A stretch of DNA of 64,000 nucleotides from an uncultured Chloroflexia bacterium (GCA_963724295.1 CAVRUC010000009.1:96001-160000); one strand, 5' to 3'; shown: positions 28,481 to 38,930, numbered from the stretch's first letter. Notes: generated from the letters alone by a model not told the origin. A program made the numbers and translations.

Positions 28481-29608
28481 TCAGAACCCGGTCCGGCGCA
28501 TCGTCTTGAGCTGCTCGACGATCGTGCGGACCTCTTGCGCGTCGCCGCGATTGACGACGAGCAAGGCATCCGCGGTGTCCACGACGGCGATGTTCTCCAG
28601 CCCGACGAGGGCCACCAGCCGCCCCGTCTCCGACCAGACCACGCTGTTGCGCGTCTGCGATTGCACCACATCACCCCGCACGCTATTGCCGAAATCGTCA
28701 CGTTCGATCAGCTCGCCAAGGTTATTCCAGTCGCCGACGTCCGACCAACCGAACCGCGCGGGCACAACTGCTATGCGATTCGCGTGCTCGAGCACACCCT
28801 GGTCGATCGTCGACTCCGCCAATCCCGACCAGACGTCGGCGGTGACCCGCTCCTGCTCCGGGGTGCCCCACACCTGGGAGATGCGGCTCACCGCCGCGTG
28901 CAAGTCCGGCTGGAGCCGCGCCACTTCGTCCAGCAGCATCTGCGCTTGCCAGACGAACATGCTCGCGTTCCACAGGAAGCGACCCGAGGCCACATACGCC
29001 GCCGCGGTCGCGGCATCCGGTTTCTCGACGAAGCGCGCGGCGCGATAGGCCGACCCCTCCGGCGTGCTGGCGACGACGTCGTCGCTACGCTCGATGTAGC
29101 CATAGCCCGTTTCCGGCCGCGTCGGGGTCAACCCGATGGTGGCCAGCCAGCCGTCCCCGGCCGCGGCAACGGCGGTGCGCAGCGCGGCATCGAAGCGGGG
29201 AAGATCCGAGACCTCGTGATCGGCGGCAAAGCTTCCGACGATGGCGGTCGGATCACGGCGGGCGATGAGCGCGGTAGCGAGCGCGATCGCCGGCCCGGAC
29301 CCGCGTGGCGACGGTTCGACCAGCACGTTGCTCTCCGGCAGCGCCGGGAGCTGGCGCGCCACCGGCGCGGCATGGGCCGGTCCACAGACGACGAGCGTCC
29401 GTTCGGGCGGTACGCTGGGTGCGAGGCGATCAATGGTTTGTTGCAACAACGAGCGCTCGCCCAGCAGCGGTAGCAGGAATTTGGGCCGGGCGGCGCGGCT
29501 GAGCGGCCACAACCGCGTCCCGGATCCGCCCGCCGGCACCACCGCCCAGAGGTTCCGGTTGCCCGGGACCGCCCGCGGCGAGCACTTTGCGCGCGATTCC
29601 TTGCTCAT
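28481..29608 (-). CDS. manC: Mannose-1-phosphate guanylyltransferase
   Basis: AGGSGTRLWPLSR...PKF, ADH, PETGYGYI, FVEKPD, WNASMF and WSDVGDW. Confidence 0.93.
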   Translation of the reverse strand: MSKESRAKCSPRAVPGNRNLWAVVPAGGSGTRLWPLSRAARPKFLLPLLGERSLLQQTIDRLAPSVPPERTLVVCGPAHAAPVARQLPALPESNVLVEPSPRGSGPAIALATALIARRDPTAIVGSFAADHEVSDLPRFDAALRTAVAAAGDGWLATIGLTPTRPETGYGYIERSDDVVASTPEGSAYRAARFVEKPDAATAAAYVASGRFLWNASMFVWQAQMLLDEVARLQPDLHAAVSRISQVWGTPEQERVTADVWSGLAESTIDQGVLEHANRIAVVPARFGWSDVGDWNNLGELIERDDFGNSVRGDVVQSQTRNSVVWSETGRLVALVGLENIAVVDTADALLVVNRGDAQEVRTIVEQLKTMRRTGF

Positions 29609-29728
29609 GCCGCCTCCCCGATGCGGAGCCGCCACGGGACGCCGCTCATTCCCCTGTAGTTTGCTCCATGATAAAGAGGTGCGTGAGGTGACGAACAATC
29701 CCCAAACAGAAGACTATGGAGTCGAGCG

Positions 29729-30952
29729 ATGAACGAACCGGCCGCGCCCAGCAATGGACACGCTCCCCTGACCGGTCTGCGGATCGTCGCGATCGAGCAG
29801 TTTGGCGCGGGACCGTTCGGCACGCTACTGCTCGCCGATCTTGGGGCTGAGGTGATCAAGGTTGAAGACCCGGCGACAGGTGGTGACGTCGGGCGCAGCG
29901 TGCCGCCCGGCGCTGAGAAAGGCAGCAGTCTCTATTTCGAGGCCTTCAACCGGGGCAAGCGCAGCATCGCGCTCGATCTCACGAGTTCTGCCGGGCGGGA
30001 GGTCTTTTCCCGCCTCGTCGCCACCGCGGACACCGTCTACAACAATCTTCGCGGCGATCTCCCCGACCGGCTCGGTCTGACGTATGCGGCGCTGGCCGAG
30101 ATCAATCCCGCGATCGTCTGCGTATCGCTGTCGGCCTACGGCCGGGAGGACGCGCGCCGAGCGGAGCCGGGTTACGACGCGCTGGTGCAAGCGGAGGCGG
30201 GGTGGGCGAGTCTCACGGGTGAACCAACCAGCCCGCCGGCTCGGAGCGGCCTGCCCATGGCCGATTACGCCGCCGGGCTCGTCGCCGCCTGTGGACTACT
30301 AGCCGGGGTCGTCGATGCCCGTCGCACCGGCCGCGGTCGCGACCTCGATACTTCACTCTTCGATACCGCGCTGGCCATGCTCAGCTATCAGGCCACCTGG
30401 TGGCTGTCGGCGGAAATCGAGACCCGGCGGCTGCCCTTCTCGGCCCACCCCAGCATCGTGCCATTCCAGTTCTTCGCCACCGCCGACGGCTTCATCGCGG
30501 TCGCCTGCGCCAAGGAGAAGTTCTTCCAGGCGCTCTGTCAGGCTATCGACATGCCGGAGCTGGCGGACGACTCCCGCTTCAGCACGTTCGCGGCTCGGCA
30601 CCAGCATCGGAATGATCTCGTCCAGCTCCTCTCGCAGCGATTTCACGAGCGAACGACCGCCGCCTGGCTCGATCGGTTGCGCGGCCGGGTGCCGTGTGCG
30701 CCGGTGCGCGACCTTTCTGAGGCGCTCGAGGTGGAGGGTCTGCGGAAGCGGGGCATGCTCGCCTCGTATGAGCACTCCCAGCTCGGCACGGTGAACAGCG
30801 TTGGTCTGCCGCTGCGGATTTCAACATTCTCTCCGCGCTACCGCGCATCGCCGGCCCTCGGTGCCGATGGCGCGGATCTCCTGGCGGAGCTGGGTTACGA
30901 TGAGTTGGCCGTGGCGCGACTTGCCGACGGGGGCGCCTTCGGCCGGCAATAG
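29729..30952 (+). CDS. CoA-transferase family III (CaiB/BaiF)
   Basis: PLTGLRI, AGPF...LADLGAEVIKVE, NRGKRSIALDL, GYD..VQAEAG and active-site D in PMADY. Confidence 0.93.
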   Translation: MNEPAAPSNGHAPLTGLRIVAIEQFGAGPFGTLLLADLGAEVIKVEDPATGGDVGRSVPPGAEKGSSLYFEAFNRGKRSIALDLTSSAGREVFSRLVATADTVYNNLRGDLPDRLGLTYAALAEINPAIVCVSLSAYGREDARRAEPGYDALVQAEAGWASLTGEPTSPPARSGLPMADYAAGLVAACGLLAGVVDARRTGRGRDLDTSLFDTALAMLSYQATWWLSAEIETRRLPFSAHPSIVPFQFFATADGFIAVACAKEKFFQALCQAIDMPELADDSRFSTFAARHQHRNDLVQLLSQRFHERTTAAWLDRLRGRVPCAPVRDLSEALEVEGLRKRGMLASYEHSQLGTVNSVGLPLRISTFSPRYRASPALGADGADLLAELGYDELAVARLADGGAFGRQ

Positions 30953-31067
30953 CGCGAGAGACGACGGGCAATCGCTCCTCGCCTCACGGTAGGCCAGTGG
31001 TTCGGTTGCATGGAGATCGCGGCAGAGCGCTTCCAGTTAGGAGCATGCGCTCACATCCAGAGAGTCG

Positions 31068-31637
31068 CTATGATGGTGGGACCGGGTTCAGCACCGGTCC
31101 GTCCGGCGTGTCTTCGATCGTGAATTGGACGGAGTCGGTCCCCGACGCGCAGCAGAGCGGATCGTCCGGCGCATAGCGCAGGTATTCAGCGGACACCTGA
31201 TCGGCATACCAGAGGTTCACATCGGTCGCGGCCCCGGTCGTGCGCGAGTTCATCGGCACCGGCGAAACAGTGCCGGCAAAGACACCGTCGACGAAAACGA
31301 ACGACTGATACCCCAGAGGGCGGCACATGCCGTCATACCCGGCCAGACCATAGATCAACGTGACTCCCCAGCCACGCTGGTACGGCAGGAAAAGACGCCA
31401 GCCCTCGGCAATCAGCGCGTCGTCCTCGGCGGTTTCGGCGGGACGTTCCCGCTCCGCGCAGGCAGGGTCAGTATTTCCGTCGATGGTGGCAGCCGCGGGT
31501 ATGGCCATGCCTGGCGAGTTCCACGATGCGAAGTCACCGTCGAGCCAGGCTTCGTCCTGCGCCCAGGCGGGCGATGCGAACACGAGGGGCAAAACGATGG
31601 CGACCGCCGCCGAGATCCGGAGGATCAACGCACGCAT
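31068..31637 (-). CDS. Secreted LppP/LprE-like protein
   Basis: Signal peptide ending AWA-Q; GYDGMCRP, FVDGVFAGT and YAPDDPLCCAS. Confidence 0.7.
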   Translation of the reverse strand: MRALILRISAAVAIVLPLVFASPAWAQDEAWLDGDFASWNSPGMAIPAAATIDGNTDPACAERERPAETAEDDALIAEGWRLFLPYQRGWGVTLIYGLAGYDGMCRPLGYQSFVFVDGVFAGTVSPVPMNSRTTGAATDVNLWYADQVSAEYLRYAPDDPLCCASGTDSVQFTIEDTPDGPVLNPVPPS

Positions 31638-31798
31638 GGAGGACTCCTTTCAGCCGGAAAATCAACCTGCCCGTATGCGGGGAGCACCCAGTCGCAACGA
31701 TAGCGGTCTGACCACGCGGTGTCGATAGCGGACTAACCACGATATCGCCGATCATGTGAGTGGTTTCAACGAGGCCGCGTCAAGCGAGGGAGCCGCTC

Positions 31799-32563
31799 AT
31801 GTCGGGCGCCAAAGAGACGAAATCGCCCACATCACTCCCTGAGAAGCACGCCAATGATTCCCGGCGAGCCGAACGGTTTCGACCAACGCTCTGGTCGGCG
31901 CTCCAGTCGCGACGAATCAAGCTGTGGCTTACCCTGGTTGGTAAGGGGTTGTTGCGGTTCAACATCGAGGTCGAGGGGTTGGAGCTCGTGCCGCGCGGCG
32001 AGCCGCTGATCGTCGCCGCCGCGCCGCATCTGAACTGGATCGACCCGTTTCTGATCCTACTGGTTCTGCCGCCGTTGCCGCGCACCTACTTCCTGGCCGC
32101 CGCCGATACTACAGGGAATCGGTGGTGGAAACGGATCGCGATCGAGTTAGCGGGCGGTATGGTGCCGGTTGCGACCAGGGGGCAGCTCAACCGGGATGGG
32201 CTGGAGCTGTCGCTGGCGATCCTCGAGCGCGGGAATCGCGTCGGCATCTTCCCGGAGGGGTGGGGAGCAAGGCCTGACCCGGCGATCATGCCCCTCAAGC
32301 GCGGCGTGGCCTTCATCAGCCAGCACTCCGGGCGCCGCGTGCTCCCGGTTGCGCTGGCAGGCACAACGGACCTCTGGCGGGGCAAGACCCTCCGCCTGCG
32401 GATCGCGCCGCCGCTCGATGCGCTTGGGCCGGGAGCCAGCCGGGAAGAGGAGCAGACCTATGTCGATGGCCTCCGTGCGGTGCTGCAAGACGCGTTGCCA
32501 CCGGAGCCAGCGGAGCCACCGGACGGAAAGAAGCCATGGCGATGGCTGACGCGAGCGATGTGA
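31799..32563 (+). CDS. Lysophospholipid (1-acyl-sn-glycerol-3-phosphate) acyltransferase family
   Basis: HxxxxD motif (PHLNWID), GIFPEG, LKRGVA and VLPVAL. Confidence 0.88.
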   Translation: MSGAKETKSPTSLPEKHANDSRRAERFRPTLWSALQSRRIKLWLTLVGKGLLRFNIEVEGLELVPRGEPLIVAAAPHLNWIDPFLILLVLPPLPRTYFLAAADTTGNRWWKRIAIELAGGMVPVATRGQLNRDGLELSLAILERGNRVGIFPEGWGARPDPAIMPLKRGVAFISQHSGRRVLPVALAGTTDLWRGKTLRLRIAPPLDALGPGASREEEQTYVDGLRAVLQDALPPEPAEPPDGKKPWRWLTRAM

Positions 32564-32575
32564 AATGCAGATCGG

Positions 32576-32957
32576 TTGGAGATCGTGCGCGCCTGGCATG
32601 ATGCGGTGAACCGGGGTGATGCCGACGCGGTCGTGGCCCTGAGTCATGACGACATCGAGGTCGGTGGACCGCGCGGGTCGGCCCGCGGTAGTGCCCTGCT
32701 GCGCGATTGGCTCGCTCGGGCAGGTATTCAGCTCGAACCCCGACGCTGGTTTGCCTCACCGACCGAGCTCGTGGTCGAGCAGATCGCGACCTGGCAGTCC
32801 CCAGATGGCACGTCCACCGATCCGCAGACTATCGCCTCCTCGTTCGCCGTCCGAGAATGGCCTGGTGACGCGGGCGGTTCGGTATGGCTCCTTGACGGAA
32901 GCGCTCGCGGCGACCGGTCTGACGTTGCGAGACGAATTGCCTGGAACGGAGAGTTGA
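32576..32957 (+). CDS. SnoaL/NTF2-like protein, +1 frameshift near 32851
   Basis: IVRAWHDAVNRGDADAV, GPRGSARG..LRDW. Removing one C restores ...FAVENGLVTRAVRY..LTEALAATGL. The start may be a GTG overlapping the upstream stop. Confidence 0.75.
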
Positions 32958-33054
32958 GCGCCCAATGACCTCGGAGGAGGATTCAGGTTCATGTCTGTTG
33001 ATCAGAAATCAGAGCTGCGGGACGGCAGCCGCTAATGTCTCCCGTACTCGGCGA

Positions 33055-33951
33055 ATGAAAGTCGGACTCATCTTGCCTGACACCGAGCGGGAGATGGGTG
33101 GCGCGACGGCGCGATGGAGCGATCTCCTAATGATGGCCAGGATGGCCGAAGATCTTGGCTTTGATTCCATCTGGAACGCGGACCATCTCATCTATCGCTT
33201 CCCCGGCAAGGACGTGCAAGGACCGTGGGAGAGCTGGTCGCTGCTCGCGGCTCTGGCCGCGGTAACGTCGCGGGTCGAGATCGGCCCGCTGGTGAGCTGC
33301 ACCTCGTTTCGGAACCCGGCCTTGCTGGCAAAGATTGCCGACACTGTCGACGAGATCTCCGGTGGCCGCCTCGTGCTCGGTCTTGGCGCCGGTTGGCACG
33401 AGCCGGAGTACATCGCCTTTGGTTACCCATTCGATCACCGCGTCAGCCGCTTTGCCGAGGCGATCGCCATCATCCACGGCCTGCTTCGCGCGGGAACCGT
33501 TGATTTCGAAGGAGCCTATTACAGCGCCCCGAACTGCGAGCTGCGCCCGCGTGGCTCGCGACCCGAGGGGCCTCCGATCATGATCGGTTCGACCGCGCCA
33601 CGGATGCTCGGTCTGCTGGCGATCTACGGCGACATCTGGAATGCCTGGGCTCGACAGACACTCGATGAGCTGGCGGAAGACCGGCAGAAGGTTGATGCCG
33701 CGCTGGAAAAGGCGAGACGCGACCCGGCCACCGTGGAGCGGACGGTGAGCCTGCTGGTCGATCTGCCAACCGCGACCGGCCGGCCGAGTGAAGAGAAAAC
33801 CGGTCTCAAGCTGCGGGAGCCAGAGGAGCTCGCCGCGCACCTGGCCAGCTACGCCGATGCCGGTATCAGCCATGTCCAGCTCATGCTCGATCCGAACACC
33901 CCCGCCGGCATCGAGTGGGCCGCGCGGAGCGTCGAAGCGCTGCGCGGTTAG
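33055..33951 (+). CDS. LLM-class flavin-dependent oxidoreductase
   Basis: AEDLGFDSIWNADH, LAALAAVTSRVEIG, FRNPALLAK and GGRLVLGLGAGW. Confidence 0.92.
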   Translation: MKVGLILPDTEREMGGATARWSDLLMMARMAEDLGFDSIWNADHLIYRFPGKDVQGPWESWSLLAALAAVTSRVEIGPLVSCTSFRNPALLAKIADTVDEISGGRLVLGLGAGWHEPEYIAFGYPFDHRVSRFAEAIAIIHGLLRAGTVDFEGAYYSAPNCELRPRGSRPEGPPIMIGSTAPRMLGLLAIYGDIWNAWARQTLDELAEDRQKVDAALEKARRDPATVERTVSLLVDLPTATGRPSEEKTGLKLREPEELAAHLASYADAGISHVQLMLDPNTPAGIEWAARSVEALRG

Positions 33952-34034
33952 ACGGCAAGACGACAAGTTGGTAAGAAAGCCGATGCCCGACAGCTGATAG
34001 CCAATTGACCCTCACCCCATCACCCTATCACCCA
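33952..34034 (+). repeat. Degenerate octamer repeats after the LLM stop codon
   Basis: ACGGCAAG-ACGACAAG-TTGGTAAG, then CTCACCCC-ATCACCCT-ATCACCCA. Confidence 0.65.
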
Positions 34035-34132
34035 CGTTCTAATAGGTGTACAGTGAAAGCGGTTTTCGGCCAACGGCGTGGCTTTTTGGGCGCGGGCGAC
34101 GCAGCCTCGCGAACCCAACGGGAGGACTGACC

Positions 34133-35513
34133 ATGCGTCACGTTCGTGCGCTGCTTGCTCTATTTGTCGCCTGTACGCTGCTGATCTCTGGATTCCCGAT
34201 CGGCGCCGCAACTCGCGTAGCCGCTCAGGACGAAGGAGCCGCGGTCCCGGTCACCGACGAGGAAAGACGCCGCGGTCGGTAGCATCACGGTGACCGAGGT
34301 CATCGACCCGTTCACCGATTTCGACCCCGCCTACCCACCGGAAGAAGGGGGTCGCTACGTCGCGGTCAATGTTGCCTTCGACGCCGACGCCGGCAATCGC
34401 TTCGATATCTCTCCCTCGGAAATCGTTCTCCAGGATGATGCCGGATTCCTCTGGAATCAGGCGAGCATGGAGCTGGTCGAGGATGCGCTGATTCCCGAGC
34501 TGTCCAGCCAGACCCTCGGCCCCGGCAGCCGCGTCACCGGTGTGGTCGGTTTTCTGATGCCGGAGGGACGCACGCCGGCGTTGGTCTTGTACCAGCCGGA
34601 GAGCAGCCGGTTCATTCCCCTGCTGAACCTGACCGGGGAGGAACCGCCGGCGCCGGGCGAGAGCGTCGCGACCGTCGATTCAGAGGGTGGTAGCGGATCG
34701 GTGACCGTTACCGAGGTCGTCGATCCCTTCGAGGACGTCGACCCGAGCCAGGCTGCTCCAGAGGACGGTCGATTCGTGATGGTGACGCTGGCCTATGAGA
34801 ACACCAGCGATGGTCGATTCTTCGTCGAGCCATATGGGCTGCTCCTGCGCGACACGAACGGCAATCTCTGGAGCGCGACGAGTGTGACCCGTCTCGAGGA
34901 GTCCGAGCTGGTCCCGGACATCACCAGCGCGCAGCTTGCCCCGGGCGACCGGCTCTCCGGCGCGGTCGTGTTCGTGGTGCCTGAGGGCGCTGGCCTTGCC
35001 GGCATCTATACCAGCCCGGTCAGTGGCCAACTCCTCCAGCTCGCCGATCTGGAGAGTGGTTCCGATGCCGAGGCGGGAGCCGAAGACAGCACCGACGACG
35101 AATCCGCAAGCACTCCGATTGCCTCGCTGGCGGCCGGAGCCTGCGCGGATCTCGAGCCGTGGCTGGCAGACGCGCGCGAGCGAATCCAACGCGCGGGCGC
35201 GATGAGTCTCGAAGACGCGACGCTGGAGGACCCCGACAGCCTGGCGGAGCATGTGGACGAGTACGCGGCGATGGCCGAGGAGCAGCTCGCCGACCAGGCG
35301 CCGCCGGAAGCCGAGGCGGCCGCCAAGGCGCTCGGCGCCACGCTTCAGGCCTACAGCGACTCCATCGACCAGATCCTGGGTGCGAACGACCCTGGCAATG
35401 ACGTGGCCCTGGAGCTCACCGAGGGCATGAACACGTTCAATGATGCTGGATCGCGGCTCAACGAGATCGAAGCAGAGTTGGACCGGGTTGCGGCGGACTG
35501 CGGTCTGTCTTGA
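34133..35513 (+). CDS. Secreted protein with two DUF4352-like domains, +1 frameshift near 34263
   Basis: Signal peptide MRHVRALL...VAAQ; duplicated G(S)(I/V)TVTEV(I/V)DPF..D....RY/FV.V...L.PG.R..G.V.F..PEG. Removing one A from GAAA fuses the two ORFs. Confidence 0.75.
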
Positions 35514-35586
35514 TCGTCGCTTCACCGGACCAGATGAACCATTGCGCCGGGCGACCGGGCCGCTGGCCGGATGAATGGCGAGGTCG

Positions 35587-35914
35587 ATGACGGACGACAC
35601 GTCTCCGCACACCGTGGTCTTTTTCCGGAGGGCGCCTTCGGTCCCACCAATAACTGCGTCGGGATCGCGAATGTCCTGCGCCAACGCGGCCACCGGGTGG
35701 TCTTCGTGGTCGAGGAGTCATTCGCCGGGACGCTGGCGGCAGCGGCAAAGGGGTTCGAAGAGCGGTTGATGCGCCCGCAGGTGCCACCCGAGGTGCCGGA
35801 AGAGCCGGGTCAGTTCTGGAAGGACTTCATTCGCGATACAGCTCCTCATTTCCGCAAGTCGACGACAGAGCAGCTCGAATCGCTGATCCTCCCCTTCTGG
35901 GAGCAGTTGGTTTC
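35587..35914 (+). pseudogene. N-terminal fragment of a GT1/MGT-type glycosyltransferase
   Basis: (F)PEGAFGPTNNCVGIANVLRQRGHRVVFVVEESF...GQFWKDFIRDTAPHFRK; about 110 aa only, frameshifted near 35625 and cut off where LysE starts. Confidence 0.7.
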
Positions 35915-36532
35915 ATGGATCTCACATTCTTCGCGCGTGGGCTGGCAATTGGCTTTGCCATCGCCGCTCCGGTCGGCGCGATCGGTCTGCTCTGCATCCG
36001 GCGCACGCTCGCCGATGGCCGCCTGGTGGGGTTTGTCTCCGGGCTGGGAGCCGCGACCGCTGATGCCTTCTACGGCGCCGTGGCGGCACTCGGCCTGACG
36101 GCGATCTCGTCGGCAATCGTCGATCATCAGGGCACGGTGCGGCTGGTGGGAGGAATTTTCCTCTGCTATCTCGGCCTGCGTACGGCACTGAGTCACCCAG
36201 CCGTGGCGGCGAACCCAGGAGCAGCGCGCGGGCTAGCGGGAGCGTTCGGATCGACGCTGGCGCTGACCCTGACCAACCCCACGACGATCCTCTCCTTCGC
36301 CGCGGTCTTTGCCGGTCTCGGGCTCGGCACGACATCGGGCGACCGTGGATCGGCCGTCCTCATGGTCTGCGGCGTCTTCCTCGGGTCGGCGCTCTGGTGG
36401 CTCCTGCTCAGCGGCGCGGTCGGGTTCTTCCGCCGGGCGCTGACTCCCGAGCGGCTGCGTTGGGTGAACCGGCTCTCCGGAGCGCTCCTTGCCGGGCTCG
36501 GCGTCGTTTCGCTCCTCAGCCTGGTGCGATGA
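35915..36532 (+). CDS. LysE family translocator
   Basis: GFAIAAPVGAIGLLCIRRT, GLGAATAD..Y, LTLTNP.TI and GVFLGS.LWW. Confidence 0.92.
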   Translation: MDLTFFARGLAIGFAIAAPVGAIGLLCIRRTLADGRLVGFVSGLGAATADAFYGAVAALGLTAISSAIVDHQGTVRLVGGIFLCYLGLRTALSHPAVAANPGAARGLAGAFGSTLALTLTNPTTILSFAAVFAGLGLGTTSGDRGSAVLMVCGVFLGSALWWLLLSGAVGFFRRALTPERLRWVNRLSGALLAGLGVVSLLSLVR

Positions 36533-36570
36533 GTTGGCCGCATCGCAAAACGCGGCTAGTCATCAATGTC

Positions 36571-37569
36571 CTACGTCGCGCCGACGGCGATCATCAGCCC
36601 GTCCTGCGGCATGGCGGGAGCGCTGGTAATGAAGAGGATTGCGCCGCCGTGGGGCGCGCTGATCTCGGCCAGCGTATCGCCATAGAGATTGCCGATGCGG
36701 CCGATGTTCTGCCCTTCACGCACCTGCGCGCCGACCTCGACCGACGGATACCACATTCCCTCCACCGGCGATCTCAGCCAGGTGAACTGATCGATCTCGA
36801 CCGGCTCGGAAGGCCGGACCTCGCCGTCGAGCATGCCGAGGGAACGCAACGCGTTTCCGATGCCATCGACCATCATCTGCGTCTCGGGCTCGGTCAGGAG
36901 CCCCGAGCTGCCGGCCTCGGCGATGATGCTGGGGATCCCCGCCGCCGCCGCCGCGTGCGCCGTCGTGCCGCCGATACCGCCCGGCTGCGGTCGTGAGGCG
37001 ACGAGGTAGGGCAACCCGAAGGCGCGTCCCAGGGCGACCGACCGCGCGTCGACGTCCTCGTTGCCGCTGACGCTGTAGATCGAAAACGGGATGAGCGCCT
37101 CGACCATGTCTCCGCCGTGGAGGTCGATGAGCACGTCGGCCAGATCGATCACCGCCTGAAAGATGGCGTCGTCCATGACCTCGGAAAAGGTGCCATTTGG
37201 GTCTCCGGGAAAGAAGCGATTCGGATTCTTGCCGTCGATCGGGCAGACGAACGGCGAGCGCGGCAGAAACGCCGGCACGTCGATCAATGGCATAGAGACG
37301 ACGGTCCCGCGCAATCTCGACGGATCGAGTTTCCGCGTAAAACGAATATTCGACTCTATGGCCGGGTACTCCGCCGGATGGACGCCGGAGATCAGGGCCA
37401 CATGAGGCCCGTCCTGCGCGCCACGGACCACCGTGTACGGCCAGGTCCACTCCATTAGATCGCGATGGGAGAAGCGGAGGTTTCCGCGCCGCACGGTCCC
37501 GGGTGCAGGAAACGCGATGGTATCGAGCGCGTCCGCGTCCTGACGAGGAAAGTTCGGTTCCTGGCTCAT
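36571..37569 (-). CDS. Succinylglutamate desuccinylase/aspartoacylase (M14-like) family
   Basis: GVHPAE, DGKNPNRFFPG, IDLHGG, IIAEAG and a C-terminal barrel-sandwich. Confidence 0.9.
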   Translation of the reverse strand: MSQEPNFPRQDADALDTIAFPAPGTVRRGNLRFSHRDLMEWTWPYTVVRGAQDGPHVALISGVHPAEYPAIESNIRFTRKLDPSRLRGTVVSMPLIDVPAFLPRSPFVCPIDGKNPNRFFPGDPNGTFSEVMDDAIFQAVIDLADVLIDLHGGDMVEALIPFSIYSVSGNEDVDARSVALGRAFGLPYLVASRPQPGGIGGTTAHAAAAAGIPSIIAEAGSSGLLTEPETQMMVDGIGNALRSLGMLDGEVRPSEPVEIDQFTWLRSPVEGMWYPSVEVGAQVREGQNIGRIGNLYGDTLAEISAPHGGAILFITSAPAMPQDGLMIAVGAT

Positions 37570-37819
37570 AGATCCCCTTGCCTTGCCACATCATCCGGTC
37601 GACGGAAGGGCTCTCTGTGCGACACGGGAAGCTGCGACCGCCGTCTGCTTTCGGCGCCGAGAAAGATGTCGTTGATGGTAGCAGACACCTCTGCCCTGTC
37701 CTCGAACCGTTGCCGGGTCTCTCAGTTCGCTAAAGAAACCGGCTGAAGGGCGTTGCAGACGCTGCCGGGCTGCGATTCGAGAGAGCCGGCGTCGATGAAC
37801 GAAATCGAGGGAGAACCGA

Positions 37820-38776
37820 TTACCGCAGGCGTGGGTCGAGGGCGTCGCGCAGGCCGTCACCGAAGAGGTTGAATGCCAGCACGGTGATGAGAATGGCAAG
37901 TCCGGGGAAGAAGCCGAGCCACGGCGCGTCGCGCAGGTACTCCCGGCCGGAGGTGAGCATCACGCCCCAGTCGGCGTCCGGCGGCTGCGTACCCAGCCCG
38001 ATGAAGCTGAGGCCGGCGGCGTAGATGATCGCTTGCCCGATGGAGAGCGTGGAGAGGACGATGATCGGCGCCCAGGCGTTCGCCAGCACGTGCCGGACGA
38101 GGATCCGGCTGGTCGGCTGGCCCATTGCTCGTGCGGCCTCGACGTACTCCTTCTCCTTGATCGAGAGGACCGAGCCGCGCACGATGCGGGCGAAGGCCGG
38201 GATGTAGACGATGGCGACGGCGATGACCACGTTCTGGATACCGGGACCGAGAATCGCCATGATGCCGATCGCCAGCAAGAGCCAGGGAAACGCCAGCAGC
38301 ACGTCGATCACGCGCATCAGAACTTGATCGATACCCCCGCCAAAGTACCCGGCCACCAGGCCGAGACTGACGCCGACGATGAGGGCGATCACCACCGGAA
38401 CGATCCCGACGCCTAGTGCCACCCGGGTGCCGATCAGGATGCGGCTGAAGACGTCTCGCCCAAACTCGTCGGTCCCCAGCAGATGCTCGCTGCTGGGAGC
38501 CTCCAACTTGATCCGGAACGACTGGTCGTTCGGCGGGTGAGGAGTCACAGACGGGGCAATGATCGCGACTACGATCAGGATTGCGACCACCGCCAGACCG
38601 GCGAGCGCCGCGCGATCGCGCAACAGCCGGCGCCAAGCGTCTCGCCACAGCCCGGCCGAGACTCGCTCGACGCGATGCAGCTGCGGCTCCAGCGCGAGCG
38701 AACCCGGCGCGGCCACGGCGATGGCCGGATGCCCTCGCCCGGTTGCGGTCGATTGGACGTTCGCGTCGATCGCCAT
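37820..38776 (-). CDS. Peptide/nickel ABC transporter permease (DppC/OppC type)
   Basis: HLLGTDEFGRDVFSR, EYVEAARAMG, LSFIGLG..PP..DWG and NLFGDGLRDALDPR. Confidence 0.95.
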   Translation of the reverse strand: MAIDANVQSTATGRGHPAIAVAAPGSLALEPQLHRVERVSAGLWRDAWRRLLRDRAALAGLAVVAILIVVAIIAPSVTPHPPNDQSFRIKLEAPSSEHLLGTDEFGRDVFSRILIGTRVALGVGIVPVVIALIVGVSLGLVAGYFGGGIDQVLMRVIDVLLAFPWLLLAIGIMAILGPGIQNVVIAVAIVYIPAFARIVRGSVLSIKEKEYVEAARAMGQPTSRILVRHVLANAWAPIIVLSTLSIGQAIIYAAGLSFIGLGTQPPDADWGVMLTSGREYLRDAPWLGFFPGLAILITVLAFNLFGDGLRDALDPRLR

Positions 38777-38798
38777 GCCGTGGGTCCTAGCTCACGAG

Positions 38799-38930
38799 GA
38801 GGGTGTTAGGGTGATTACTCGCTGCGCTCGTGGTGATGGGATGGCTGTTCGCTGCGCTCACGGTGGCTGGGTGGCCGGGTGACGGGAATCGTTCCTCCTG
38901 CGACCCAGCCACCCCGCGACCCTGCCACCC
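38799..38930 (-). repeat. ~130-bp dispersed composite repeat, copy B
   Basis: The minus strand reads GGGTGGCA-GGGTCGCG-GGGTGGCT-GGGTCGCA-GGAGGAACGATTCCC...GCCACCGTGAGCGCAGCGAAC...AGCGCAGCGAGTAATCACCCTAACACCCTC. Confidence 0.85.
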
